Of a stretch of 64,000 nucleotides of DNA, positions 1-10,430 are shown piece after piece (position 1 is the first letter of the stretch; each line of letters opens with the position of its first letter). Source of the DNA: an uncultured Bacilli bacterium (GTDB taxonomy: Bacteria; Bacillota_I; Bacilli_A; RF39; UBA660); contig CAKOJI010000001.1 of NCBI GenBank assembly GCA_934089255.1, positions 14,572-78,571 on the forward strand, written 5' to 3'. A program made the translations under genes and the position numbers. Below the pieces are notes generated by a model that worked only from the letters and a program-made list of their open reading frames with translations, ran no database searches and had not been told where the DNA came from.

Positions 1-538
1 TTTCTTTTTCTCTTTTATTTAATACATTTAAATATTTAATCAATGTTTCTACTGAATCTTTATTATGTAATTTAGTAAGTATATCTTCTTCATCACTTTT
101 AATAACATCTATTAAATTAATTTCATTACCATCTTTATCATAACCAATAGAATCATTTAAACTAACATCATTGATATGTTTTTTATTATTTCTAAAATAC
201 ATTAATATTTCATTTTGAATACATTTAGCACAATATGTAGTTAATCTAGTATTTTTATCATTTTTAAAACTATCTACACCTTTTATAAGACCTATAGTAC
301 CAATACTTATTAAATCATCTACGATATTATCTTTAGTATCATATTTTTTTACGATATGTGCTACTAATCTTAAATTATGTTCAATTAGAAGTGTTCTTGC
401 TTCTTTATTTCCTTGTTTTAATAAATTAAGAGCAACTCTCTCTTCATTGGGACTTAAAGGTTCTGGAAAAACATTTATACTATAAGATCCAGTAAAAAAA
501 TATAAGTTTTTAAATAAACTTAATAAATTTAAAATCAT
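1..538 (-). CDS. sigK: RNA polymerase sporulation sigma factor sigma-K (pro-sigma-K), C-terminus outside window
   Basis: Reverse-strand translation MILNLLSLFKNLYFFTGSYSINVFPEPLSPNEE...LIEHNLRLVAHIVKKY...DLISIGTIGLIKG...CIQNEILMYFR...DVSLNDSIGYDKDGNEINLIDVIKS matches B. subtilis SigK regions 2-3 including the pro-sequence. GGAGGAAG RBS 5 nt upstream of ATG at 538. Runs off the window edge. Confidence 0.8.
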   Translation of the reverse strand, partial: MILNLLSLFKNLYFFTGSYSINVFPEPLSPNEERVALNLLKQGNKEARTLLIEHNLRLVAHIVKKYDTKDNIVDDLISIGTIGLIKGVDSFKNDKNTRLTTYCAKCIQNEILMYFRNNKKHINDVSLNDSIGYDKDGNEINLIDVIKSDEEDILTKLHNKDSVETLIKYLNVLNKREKE

Positions 539-645
539 ATCTTCCTCCACTAAAGTATATAAAAAAAAATAATTTAAATAACAAAATTTGACAAATATTG
601 ATAAAAGTAGTAGTATATAATGCTCGTAAGAAAGGGGATTTAATA

Positions 646-1575
646 ATGGAATTACAAGATTTTAAAAGTAATTTTAAATTAGATGTAATAAGAAAATTAA
701 GTGAGTATTTATCTGATTATAATAATATTAATGGTTATAATAATCAAAAAAAGTTTACATTTTTAATAACAACTAAAGAAGCACGTGATAATGATAAAAA
801 AGTATATAGTATAGAATTATTAAGAGGAACTGTTAATAAAAAAACAATATTTAAGTTAAATGTTTTATTAGATAAAGAAGATTATAAAACATTACAAGAT
901 TTTATTTTAAAAACTACAGAATCTGATAATTTTATGTATACATCATTTACAAATGATAACGGTTCTATTAAGAGTTATAATATAAATTTAATGAATGGTG
1001 TTAGTATTTCTTATAATATAGATAATGAACATGATTTAAGTATTTGTAAAGATATCGAATCTACTTTTAAAAATAAAAAATTAATTCAAAAAGAAGAAAT
1101 TACATCTGATACAAATAAAGATGAAATTCAAAAGACTAAAGCTATAAAGATAATTGATGCTTTTAAAAATCTATTTATGTTAATTACTGAATATAATGCT
1201 AAAGAAAATTATACTAATATAAAACCATTTACATTTAATATTACTAATTATTTTAATAATGAAAAAAAATGTTACGTATATAATTTTGAAATAATAAGAG
1301 GAACATATAATAAAGATAAGATATTAGATTTAAGAGCCTCTATATATGATAAAGAATTTATGTTAAATGAATTAAACGAATTAATATTATTTATAAAAGA
1401 TATAGATACTTATGTAATTGATAGCACAACAAATGGTGATTTATATGATTCTTATAATCTAAGATGTCAAAATAATATAAATGTCAATTTTTATATAAAA
1501 GATGAAATTGATAGAGAATTTTACGAATCTAAAAAAGATAAAAATCAAGAAAAAACAATTATTTATAAAAAATAA
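646..1575 (+). CDS. hypothetical protein with two internal ~140-aa repeats
   Basis: ORF 598..1575. Likely start is ATG 646, preceded by AAAGGGG RBS. Repeated blocks KKFTFLITTKEARDNDKKVYSIELLRGTVNKK / KPFTFNITNYFNNEKKCYVYNFEIIRGTYNKDK. Divergent from sigK. Confidence 0.55.
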   Translation: MELQDFKSNFKLDVIRKLSEYLSDYNNINGYNNQKKFTFLITTKEARDNDKKVYSIELLRGTVNKKTIFKLNVLLDKEDYKTLQDFILKTTESDNFMYTSFTNDNGSIKSYNINLMNGVSISYNIDNEHDLSICKDIESTFKNKKLIQKEEITSDTNKDEIQKTKAIKIIDAFKNLFMLITEYNAKENYTNIKPFTFNITNYFNNEKKCYVYNFEIIRGTYNKDKILDLRASIYDKEFMLNELNELILFIKDIDTYVIDSTTNGDLYDSYNLRCQNNINVNFYIKDEIDREFYESKKDKNQEKTIIYKK

Positions 1576-1625
1576 TTGTTTTTTTTAATAACTTAAATTA
1601 TAATAACTACCAAGGAAGTGATTAT

Positions 1626-1976
1626 ATGAATAATTTATTATTAGATAAAAACTTCATTGCATCAATTAAATTTTTTGATAATATTATGTTTTTAGACTCT
1701 TTTTTAGAAAGTAAAAAAGTTTATAATGTATCCGTTGATTACGTTAAAAAAGATAATCATTATCTTTTAAAACTAAATATAAAAGATGGTAATAATGAAC
1801 TTTTAAAAACAGAATGTACTCTTGCAAATAAGATAAATGGAAGTTTAGTTATTAAGAATATTATTAATATGGTTACTATAAAATATAATAATGATTTAAT
1901 TGTTGATGTAAAAGAAATTGATAAAAATAATAACTGTATAAAGTTTGGAAGGAGAACATATACTAAAAAGAAATAG
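1626..1976 (+). CDS. hypothetical protein (116 aa)
   Basis: ORF with GGAAG RBS; no recognisable motifs. Confidence 0.4.
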   Translation: MNNLLLDKNFIASIKFFDNIMFLDSFLESKKVYNVSVDYVKKDNHYLLKLNIKDGNNELLKTECTLANKINGSLVIKNIINMVTIKYNNDLIVDVKEIDKNNNCIKFGRRTYTKKK

Positions 1977-1992
1977 AAATATTATATTTTTC

Positions 1993-2021
1993 TTGAAAAG
2001 TATATGTTTTTTTGATACAAT
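1993..2021 (+). promoter_or_regulatory. sigma-A type promoter upstream of rpsB-tsf
   Basis: TTGAAA (1993-1998), 17-nt spacer, TG-extended TACAAT (2016-2021), ~110 nt upstream of rpsB start. Confidence 0.5.
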
Positions 2022-2134
2022 ACATTTGGTTTTTATAAACCAATATACACATTTGCTGATTATCAAACCTAGTGGCTATTGTTGGAGAGATAAGAAGACG
2101 TAAATGGATGAATAACGAAAGGAAAGTGAAAAAT

Positions 2135-3064
2135 ATGGCTGTTGTTTCTATGAATAATTTATTAGAAGCAGGTGTTCAATTTGGACATCAAACAAAAAGA
2201 TGGAATCCAAAAATGAAGGAATACATCTTTACTTCAAGAGATGATATTTATATAATCAATCTTGAAAAGACTGTAGAATGTATAGAAAAAGCATATGCAG
2301 AAATTAAAAAAATTGCTGAAAATGGAGGAAAGTTCTTATTTGCTGGTACTAAAAAACAAGCTAGTGAAGTTTGTGTAGAAGAAGCTACTCGTAGTGAAAG
2401 TTTTTATGTAACAGAAAGATGGTTAGGTGGAACATTAACTAATTTCCGTACTATTAGAAGACGTGTAAAACGTTTAGAAGAAATAGAAAATATGGAAAAA
2501 GATGGTTCATTTGATTTACTTCCAAAAAAAGAAGTAATCGGTTTAAAGAAAGAATATGAAAAATTAAATAAAGTATTATGTGGTATACGTAATATGGATA
2601 GATTACCTAATGCCTTAATTATAGTAGATCCTAAAAAAGAAATTAATGCAATTAGAGAAGCTAGAAAATTAAATATACCAGTATTTGGTATAGTAGATAC
2701 TAACTGTGATCCAGATGATGTAGATTTTGTAATACCTGGTAATGATGATGCAGTTAGAAGTGTAAAAGTTGTTTTAGGTGTTTTAAATAACGCTATATGT
2801 GAAGCTAAAGGATTAGAAATAGTTGATTATATAACTGATGAAGAACCTAAAAAAACTAAAAAAGAAGAAGTTAAAGAAGAAGTAGCAAACACTGTTAAAA
2901 AAGTTTCTAAAAAAATTAATGATACAAAAGAAGAAATAAAAGAAGTTATAGAAGATTTATCTAAAAAAACTGTTGCTGAATTAAAAGCTATAGCTAAAGA
3001 AAAAGGTATCACAGGATACACTTCTATGAAAAAAGATGAATTATTAAGTATTTTAAAGAAATAA
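2135..3064 (+). CDS. rpsB: 30S ribosomal protein S2 with ~70-aa lysine/glutamate-rich C-terminal extension ending in a Rho_N/HeH-like motif
   Basis: [27 protein letters not shown]... is the canonical S2 N-terminus. GAAAGGAAAG RBS before ATG 2135; the track ORF begins earlier at 2072. C-terminal tail ...[31 protein letters not shown]. Confidence 0.9.
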   Translation: MAVVSMNNLLEAGVQFGHQTKRWNPKMKEYIFTSRDDIYIINLEKTVECIEKAYAEIKKIAENGGKFLFAGTKKQASEVCVEEATRSESFYVTERWLGGTLTNFRTIRRRVKRLEEIENMEKDGSFDLLPKKEVIGLKKEYEKLNKVLCGIRNMDRLPNALIIVDPKKEINAIREARKLNIPVFGIVDTNCDPDDVDFVIPGNDDAVRSVKVVLGVLNNAICEAKGLEIVDYITDEEPKKTKKEEVKEEVANTVKKVSKKINDTKEEIKEVIEDLSKKTVAELKAIAKEKGITGYTSMKKDELLSILKK

Positions 3065-3077
3065 AAGGAGATTTATT

Positions 3078-3947
3078 ATGATAAGTGCAAAACAAGTAAG
3101 TGAATTAAGAACTTTAACTGGTGCAGGAATGATGGACTGTAAAAAAGCTTTAACTGAAACTAATGGTGATATGGATAATGCTGTTGATTATTTAAGAGAA
3201 AAAGGTATCGCTAAAAGTGCTAAAAAAGCTAGTCGTATTGCTGCAGAGGGTTTATCAAATATTTATATAAAAGATAATAAAGCTGTTATTTTAGAAGTAA
3301 ATAGTGAAACAGACTTTGTTAGTAAAAATGAAGAATTTACAAGTATGTTAGATACTATTGGTGAAACTATTTTAAATAGTGAAGCTAAAACTTTAGAAAG
3401 TGCTTTAGAACTTAATACTGGTGATGGTACTATCAACGATTTAATAGTTGCAAAAACTGCTAAAATTGGAGAAAAATTATCTTTAAGAAGATTTGAATTA
3501 GTAGAAAAAACTGATGATGAAGTTTTCGGAAGTTATTTACATATGGGTGGAAAAATTTCTGTTTTAACAGTATTAAAAGGCGCTAATAGCGATGTTGCAA
3601 GAGATGTAGCAATGCAAGCAGCTGCTATGAAACCAGGATACTTAAAAAGCGATGAAATACCTGCTGATGTATTAGAACGTGAAAAAGAAGTATTTAAAAC
3701 TCAAGCAATGGAAGAAGGAAAACCTGCTGATATTGCAGAAAAAATGGTAAATGGTAGAATTAAAAAATTCTATAAAGAAGTTTGTTTATTAAATCAAGCA
3801 TTCATAAAAGACGGAGATATCGATGTTGAAACATACGTTAAAAATAACGGCGGAGAAGTTTTAAAAATGATTAGATATGAAGTTGGAGAAGGAATGCAAA
3901 AACGTGAAGAAAACTTTGCAGAAGAAGTAATGAATCAAATAAAATAA
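3078..3947 (+). CDS. tsf: elongation factor Ts
   Basis: MISAKQVSELRTLTGAGMMDCKKAL is the EF-Ts UBA-like N-terminus; 289 aa; immediately downstream of rpsB. Confidence 0.9.
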   Translation: MISAKQVSELRTLTGAGMMDCKKALTETNGDMDNAVDYLREKGIAKSAKKASRIAAEGLSNIYIKDNKAVILEVNSETDFVSKNEEFTSMLDTIGETILNSEAKTLESALELNTGDGTINDLIVAKTAKIGEKLSLRRFELVEKTDDEVFGSYLHMGGKISVLTVLKGANSDVARDVAMQAAAMKPGYLKSDEIPADVLEREKEVFKTQAMEEGKPADIAEKMVNGRIKKFYKEVCLLNQAFIKDGDIDVETYVKNNGGEVLKMIRYEVGEGMQKREENFAEEVMNQIK

Positions 3948-3970
3948 GTACAATTTATTGTACTTTTTTT
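3948..3970 (+). terminator. rho-independent terminator after tsf
   Basis: GTACAATTTATTGTAC hairpin followed by TTTTTTT. Confidence 0.6.
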
Positions 3971-4075
3971 GTGCCTAAAAATATCTAATATCATAAAGCA
4001 CTCGAAAAGGTACTTTTTTGTATATATTTTTTATAATTTATGATAAAATTAAATATAAGAATAGAGGGTATATTA

Positions 4076-5301
4076 TGAATATTATTGATATTATAGATAA
4101 AAAAAGACTAGGTAAAGAATTGTCTTATAAAGAATTAGATTTTGCTTTTACTGGTTATTTAAAAAAATATATTGAAGATTATCAAATGTCTAGTTTATTA
4201 ATGGCTATAGTAATTAATGGAATGACTTTAGAAGAAACAATTAATTTAACAGATATTTTTATAAAAAGTGGTAAAGTTTATGATTTAAGTAGTGTTAGTG
4301 ATGTTATAGTAGATAAACATTCTACTGGTGGAATAGGAGATACTACTACATTAGTTGTTGGGCCAATAGTTGCTGCAAGTGGTTGCTATATGGCTAAAAT
4401 AAGTGGTAGAGGTCTTGGTATAACTGGTGGGACAATTGATAAGTTAGAAAGCATTCCTAAATTTAATGTTAATTTAAATAAAAAAGAATTTATAAATAAT
4501 TTACGCAAAGTTGGTTTTGTAGATTGTAGCCAAACTAAAGATTTAGTTCCGCTTGATAAAGTTATTTATAATTTAAGAAATAATAGTGGAACAACAGAAT
4601 CTTTACCATTAATTGCTTCAAGTATAATGTCTAAAAAAATTGCAAGTGGTGCCAATATTATATTAATAGATATAAAAGTAGGTAGTGGTGCATTAATAAA
4701 AACTAAAAAAGATGCTAAATTACTTAGTACTTGGATGAAAGAAATAGGTAAACGTTATAACAAAAAAATAGTTACTATAATAACTGATATGAATGTTCCA
4801 TTATCAAATAGTATTGGAAATAAATTAGAAGTAGAAGAAGCAATAAATGTATTAAAGGGTAGCAAAACTAGACTTTATACAGTTTCTAAAGAAATAGCTA
4901 GTATGCTTATTTCACTTGCTAAAAAAATTACAATTAAAGAAGCAGAAGAATTAGTAGATACTTTAATAAAAAATGGTAAAGCTTATCAAAAGTTTGAAGA
5001 ATTTGTAAAATGTCAATCAGGTGATATTAGTAAATTAAAAATTAAAGCTAAAATAAAAGTTATAAAAAGTGAAAAAAATGGTGTTTTAACCAAAATAGAT
5101 GCTTATAAAATTGGAGAATTATCTTTAAAACTTGGTGCTGGCAAAATAAATGATCACGAAGTTATTGATTATGATGCTGGTATTAAATTATTTAAAGATA
5201 TAGGTGATAAAGTAAAAAAAGGTGATATATTAGCAACACTTTATACTAATAAAAATATTAAGTTGACTAACGATGATGTAAACTGTTTTATAATAAAATA
5301 A
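4076..5301 (+). CDS. pdp: pyrimidine-nucleoside (thymidine) phosphorylase
   Basis: MNIIDIIDKKRLGKELSYKEL...HSTGGIGDTTTLVVGPIVAASG...SGRGLGITGGTIDKLESIPKF are family hallmarks. AGAGGGTA RBS before ATG 4076. Confidence 0.85.
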
Positions 5302-5351
5302 AAATAACATAAAAGTATGATATAATTTTAATAGAAATAGAGGGTGTAACA

Positions 5352-7106
5352 ATGTTTGGAAAAATAAAAAATATAACTGATTCAAGTGTTGAAGTAGAAT
5401 TAATTAAAACTAGTGAAATAATACCTAATTTAATGAATATGCACGTTGTATTTGTAGATGAAGATAAAAAAATATTAGGAGAAGTTAGAACTGTCTTAGA
5501 AAATAGTATACATATAGATTTAAAAGGACAATTTATTGGAGATAAGTTTATAGCAGGTACTATAAGAAAACCAACACTAAATAGTGTAGTTAGAGTAATT
5601 AATGAAGATGAACTTAATATTATATTAGGTAGTGATATTGAAACTAATATTTATGTTGGTAAAAGTCCAATATATCCAACAAAAAATATATATGTTAATA
5701 TAAATGATTTATTTTCAAACCATTTAGCTATATTCGGAAATTCTGGTAGTGGTAAAAGTTGTAGTGTATCTAGAATAATACAAAATGTATTCTTAAATAA
5801 AAACTTTTTAACATATAACGCTAATTTATTTTTCTTTGATGCTTATGGTGAATATAAAAATGCTTTTAAAGATTTATCAAATATAAATCCTAATTATCAG
5901 TACAAGTTTTTAACTACAAATCCGGTAGATAATACTGATGGAAGCTTATTAATACCAATTTATTTATTAAGTATAGATGATATTGCTCTTTTATTAGAAG
6001 CAACTAATCACTCTCAAATGACTATTATAGAAAGAATGTATAAGTTAGTTAGAATTTTTTCTAGAAATGATGATAATACAAAAAAATTAAAAAATCATTT
6101 AATAGCTAAAGCAATAATGAATGTATTGTTTTCTAATCAAAGTTCTAGTGCTAAAAAAAGTGAAATATTTGAGATAGTAACTAATTGTTCTACTGATGAA
6201 TTTAATTTAAAAGCTGAATTACAAGGTGTAGGTTATACAAGAGTTTTTACTGAATGTTTTGGGATTGATAGAAACGGTGAGTTTGGAGAATCGGTATTAA
6301 TAAATGAATATTTAAATAAATATATTAATGATGATTTAGAAAGTACTATAACAGTACCTGATCAAGCATATTTTACTTTAAAAGATTTAAGTAATGCTTT
6401 AAACTTTACATTAGTAGGTGAAGGTTTTCAACAAAACAAAACTATACAAGATAGTGCAATTATTTTAAAAGTTAGATTAAATTCTTTAATAAATAGTAGT
6501 AATAGTATAATATTTGATGCTAAAGAGTATATGAATTTAGAAACATATATATCTAGTTTAATAATGAATAATAATAAAAGAAGTCAAATAGTAAATATAA
6601 ATTTAGAAGGTATAGACGATAACCTTGCTAAAGTATTAGTTAAAATATTATCTAAAATGTTATTTGATTTTGCTAAGTCTAGAACCGATAGAGCAAGTAT
6701 ACCATTCCATTTATTTATCGAAGAAGCACATAGATACGTTGTTAAAGATAATGATGTATTCTTACTTGGATATAATATATTTGAACGTATTGCTAAAGAA
6801 GGTAGAAAATACGGTGTAATATTAGATTTGGTAAGTCAAAGACCAGTTGAAATAAGTGATACTGTTGTATCGCAAATGTCTAATTTCTTAATATTAAAAA
6901 TGACACACCCTAAAGATTTAGAATATATAGAAAAAATGTTACCCAATATTAGTGGAGATGTTATAGACAAATTAAATTCATTAGAACCTGGTACTTTAGT
7001 AGCGTTTGGTAATGCATTTAAAATACCTATACTTATAAAAATGGATATGCCAAACCCAACACCATATTCATCTAACTGTGATATTATTAATAGGTGGAAA
7101 GGATAA
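5352..7106 (+). CDS. HerA/FtsK-superfamily ATPase (HAS-barrel + DUF87 'helicase HerA central domain'-like)
   Basis: N-terminal barrel-like segment, Walker A GNSGSGKSCS, Walker B-like HLFIEEAHRYV, 584 aa. TGATATAAT -10-like box ~25 nt upstream; AGAGGGTG RBS. Confidence 0.65.
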   Translation: MFGKIKNITDSSVEVELIKTSEIIPNLMNMHVVFVDEDKKILGEVRTVLENSIHIDLKGQFIGDKFIAGTIRKPTLNSVVRVINEDELNIILGSDIETNIYVGKSPIYPTKNIYVNINDLFSNHLAIFGNSGSGKSCSVSRIIQNVFLNKNFLTYNANLFFFDAYGEYKNAFKDLSNINPNYQYKFLTTNPVDNTDGSLLIPIYLLSIDDIALLLEATNHSQMTIIERMYKLVRIFSRNDDNTKKLKNHLIAKAIMNVLFSNQSSSAKKSEIFEIVTNCSTDEFNLKAELQGVGYTRVFTECFGIDRNGEFGESVLINEYLNKYINDDLESTITVPDQAYFTLKDLSNALNFTLVGEGFQQNKTIQDSAIILKVRLNSLINSSNSIIFDAKEYMNLETYISSLIMNNNKRSQIVNINLEGIDDNLAKVLVKILSKMLFDFAKSRTDRASIPFHLFIEEAHRYVVKDNDVFLLGYNIFERIAKEGRKYGVILDLVSQRPVEISDTVVSQMSNFLILKMTHPKDLEYIEKMLPNISGDVIDKLNSLEPGTLVAFGNAFKIPILIKMDMPNPTPYSSNCDIINRWKG

Positions 7107-7107
7107 T

Positions 7108-9261
7108 ATGAAAAACAAGAAAGGTTTTACAATAATAGAAATAATTGTTTGTATTGCTTTAATAGTATCAATTGCTGCTATTTCAATAATTACTATTAAT
7201 AAAAATAATGAAAATGCTAAAAAGGAATCAAAACTTGTTAATGAAGTAATTAATAGTAGTTTAGTTTATTATGATAAACATACAATAAATGAAAATGATC
7301 TTATTGAAAAAAATGGATATACAACTATATACATAGATAATTTAATAAATGATGGACTAATAGATGAAAAATATTATAATTCAATAGAGAAAACAACTAA
7401 TTTTGATTTTGGAAGAATTCTTATTTCCTATGATTTTTCAACAGGTATGAGAAATGTTTACTATCCTTATTCTGATAATGAAAAAAATAGCACTATTTTT
7501 AAAACTATATATTTACAAAATGGAGAAGAATTTGATTGTAATGCTAAAGATATAATTGAAAATAAAATTTTAGGAGATCAGCAATATTTACAGTCTGTTG
7601 ATATTAATTCTTGCGATTCTAGTAAAATAGATTATACTAATACTAGTAACACACAATATGTTTATTTTAATTATACAGTTACAGAAACCGATGTAAAAGG
7701 TAAAACAATTTCAGTTACTAAAAAAGCAAAATTACCAGTTCAAATACTTAAACAGTTTGATGCAAATGATTTTGAATGTAATTTATATGATACAAATTAC
7801 AATTTAATAAATATTTTAAATGAAAATGAAACAAAACTATTAAATCAAAGTAGCATTAAATATTCATTTACTTTAAAAGAAGAAGATAATGATAATTTAA
7901 ATGATTACAGTAATAATTTAAATATTGAATATAAAAGTGATGATGAACCTGCTGAAAATTATAAAGGTACGTTTATAAAAAAATTAATAACTGAAGAGTT
8001 TGACAAAGAATATAATTGGACTCCGAATGTAAAAGCAATTATATATCCTAATTATTTTCCTAAAAATAAATCTGATAATATGGATATTTATGAGGAAAAT
8101 TTAAAAAGCATTGAATTATATGATATAGATTTAATTGGAAGCAAAATAAAATATATGAATGAAACACATACATATAATTTAAATTTTTACATTAATAAAT
8201 CTAATTATTCATCTATTAAAAATGATTTGGAAAGTATTGAGAAGAATTTAAATAGTCTTAAAAATGGTAAAAAATATAATTTTAATTATAATTCAATTGA
8301 TGATAAAAAAGAATTTAATTTAGAATCTTTCAAAATAAGTTGGGCTAAAGATGATGTGACCGATGTTGATACCATTGGAACTCTAGGAAACTTAATGATA
8401 TTGAATGTAACTACTAATGACGGAGATGAAAATAGCTATCATACTATACTGTATAATATGGTTGATAATTCTTATGATATTTTATTTCCACAATACTATA
8501 AACGACCACTAAAGAATTTTAAATATGATGATAACTATTTATATGCATATTATATTTATTCATATCGTAATTATAATGCGATTTATAATAATAAAAAATG
8601 TAATGGAACTACAAGACATTTTACTCAATATTTTTATGATAAATTTAAATTATTGAAAGATAATGGCTATTATTCTGGAATTGATTTAGATGATGTTGAA
8701 AGAGTTGATGATCTTAATGAAACATCATGTGGTGGATCACATGCTTATAGTCCGAATTTTAAAAAATATAATGAATTAAAAACAATTTACAATAATGAAA
8801 ATTTAAATAAAATTGGTTCTAAAGTATCTGATTTTATAAAAACTGTTAGTGATAATGACACAAAAGATATAAAAGGTGAAATACATGATAAATACAAATA
8901 TGTGATATGTAACCAAGGAAAAAATTATTGTGATGGTGGACGGTATTATCTATCAAAATCTGAAATTTATAAGAGTTACTATATGAAATATTATTATAAA
9001 TTAAACAATAGAGAGAATTATATTTTTGTATTAAATGATGATAGTGAATATATGAAAATTTATAAATATAGTTTTGGACATGATGATAATTATGATTTAA
9101 CTAATATACCTGATAATGAAGCTGATTATAATTTTGTTGTCATACCTAATGAATCATCTGATAAAGTAAAATTTTCTTCAGATATAAAAAATAACAAAAA
9201 TAATTATGTAATAACTGAATATAATATAGAGGATATAAAAAATAAAATTAATAATTTATAA
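7108..9261 (+). CDS. giant type IV prepilin-like (class III signal) protein, 717 aa
   Basis: Likely start MKNKKG|FTIIEIIVCIALIVSIAAISIITI: short basic leader, G-F cleavage site, Glu at +5, 20-aa hydrophobic helix. GGAAAGGA RBS. ATG sits 1 nt after the HerA-like stop (translational coupling). Asn/Tyr-rich body with multiple Cys pairs. Confidence 0.7.
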   Translation: MKNKKGFTIIEIIVCIALIVSIAAISIITINKNNENAKKESKLVNEVINSSLVYYDKHTINENDLIEKNGYTTIYIDNLINDGLIDEKYYNSIEKTTNFDFGRILISYDFSTGMRNVYYPYSDNEKNSTIFKTIYLQNGEEFDCNAKDIIENKILGDQQYLQSVDINSCDSSKIDYTNTSNTQYVYFNYTVTETDVKGKTISVTKKAKLPVQILKQFDANDFECNLYDTNYNLINILNENETKLLNQSSIKYSFTLKEEDNDNLNDYSNNLNIEYKSDDEPAENYKGTFIKKLITEEFDKEYNWTPNVKAIIYPNYFPKNKSDNMDIYEENLKSIELYDIDLIGSKIKYMNETHTYNLNFYINKSNYSSIKNDLESIEKNLNSLKNGKKYNFNYNSIDDKKEFNLESFKISWAKDDVTDVDTIGTLGNLMILNVTTNDGDENSYHTILYNMVDNSYDILFPQYYKRPLKNFKYDDNYLYAYYIYSYRNYNAIYNNKKCNGTTRHFTQYFYDKFKLLKDNGYYSGIDLDDVERVDDLNETSCGGSHAYSPNFKKYNELKTIYNNENLNKIGSKVSDFIKTVSDNDTKDIKGEIHDKYKYVICNQGKNYCDGGRYYLSKSEIYKSYYMKYYYKLNNRENYIFVLNDDSEYMKIYKYSFGHDDNYDLTNIPDNEADYNFVVIPNESSDKVKFSSDIKNNKNNYVITEYNIEDIKNKINNL

Positions 9262-9337
9262 AGAATATTTGTAATTAAATGTTCTTTTTTTCTTGTTTTA
9301 ATATAAAATATGTTATACTTATATTAGGAGGTATAAT

Positions 9338-10420
9338 ATGAAGTCAATGTATATTCACATACCTTTTTGTAAGTCTATCTGTACTTATTGTGATTTTTGT
9401 AAACAGTTATATAATGAAACTAATATAAAAAAGTATTTAATATCTTTAAGAAATGAAATAGAAGATAGATATAATGATGAAGAATTAGATACATTATATA
9501 TTGGTGGTGGTACTCCTAGTGCCCTTAATATAAATGAATTAAAAGATTTATTTGATATATTAAATGTATTAAAATTAAATAATTTAAAAGAATTTACCTT
9601 TGAATGTAACGTTAATGATATTACAGAATAATTAATTAAATTACTAAAATTAAATAAAGTTAATAGAATTAGTATAGGAGTAGAATCATTTGATAAAAAT
9701 AAATTACAGTTTATGGAAAGATTTGCTAATTTTGAAGATGTTAAAAATAAGATAGAATTAATTAAAATGAATGGAATAAATAATATAAATATAGATTTAA
9801 TGTATGGAATACCTGGAGAAACACTTAAAGTATTAAAGCGAGATCTTGATTTAATATTAAAACTAAAACCAACTCACATAAGTACATATTCTCTTATTTT
9901 AGAAGAATATACGAAATTAGCTATAAATAACGTAACTCCTATAGATGAAGAACTAGAACTAGAAATGTATAACTACATAAGAAAAAAATTAGGTAAAAAG
10001 AAATATATTCACTATGAAATATCTAATTTTGCATTAGAAAATTATGAATCAATACATAATTTAAATTATTGGAATAACGATGAATATTATGGCTTTGGTT
10101 TAGGAGCTCATGGTTATATAGATGGTATTCGTTATGAAAATACTAAAAATTTTAATAAATATATAGAAAATAATTTTGTTGCTAAAGAAGAAATAGTTGG
10201 TATAAAAGAAAAACAAGAGAATGAATTAATGTTAGGTTTTAGAAAAATTAATGGTATTAATTTAGAAAAATTTTATAATAAATATGGTGTTAATATGCAG
10301 AGTGTATTTCCAATTAAACCTTTATTAAAAAATAAAGATTTAATATATAAAGATGGTAATATATTTATAAATCCTGATAGATTGTATGTTATGAATGAAA
10401 TTTTACTAAAATTAATTTAG
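9338..10420 (+). pseudogene. hemW: hemW/hemN-like radical SAM heme chaperone interrupted by a single in-frame TAA (9632-9634)
   Basis: ORFs 9338..9631 and 9713..10420 are in the same frame. The gap translates as LIKLLKLNKVNRISIGVESFDKNKLQF, the conserved radical-SAM core, directly after the TAA. N-terminus IHIPFCKSICTYCDF is the CxxxCxxC motif. Confidence 0.75.
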
Positions 10421-10430
10421 GAGGGTTAAA

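Noticed and set aside
2827-3021. Antisense ORFs within rpsB, the cadherin-like gene, rarA, gpsA, ppdK, pilin P4/P5 and obg (2827..3021, 11066..11287, 20721..20939, 21474..21845, 45288..45476, 46184..46423, 47751..48005, 50273..50488, 63559..63858)
   Set aside because: Each is embedded opposite a well-supported gene, with no RBS and low-complexity composition.
9338-9631. Treating 9338..9631 and 9713..10420 as two separate genes
   Set aside because: Same frame, and the conserved HemW core continues across the single TAA. This is one interrupted gene.
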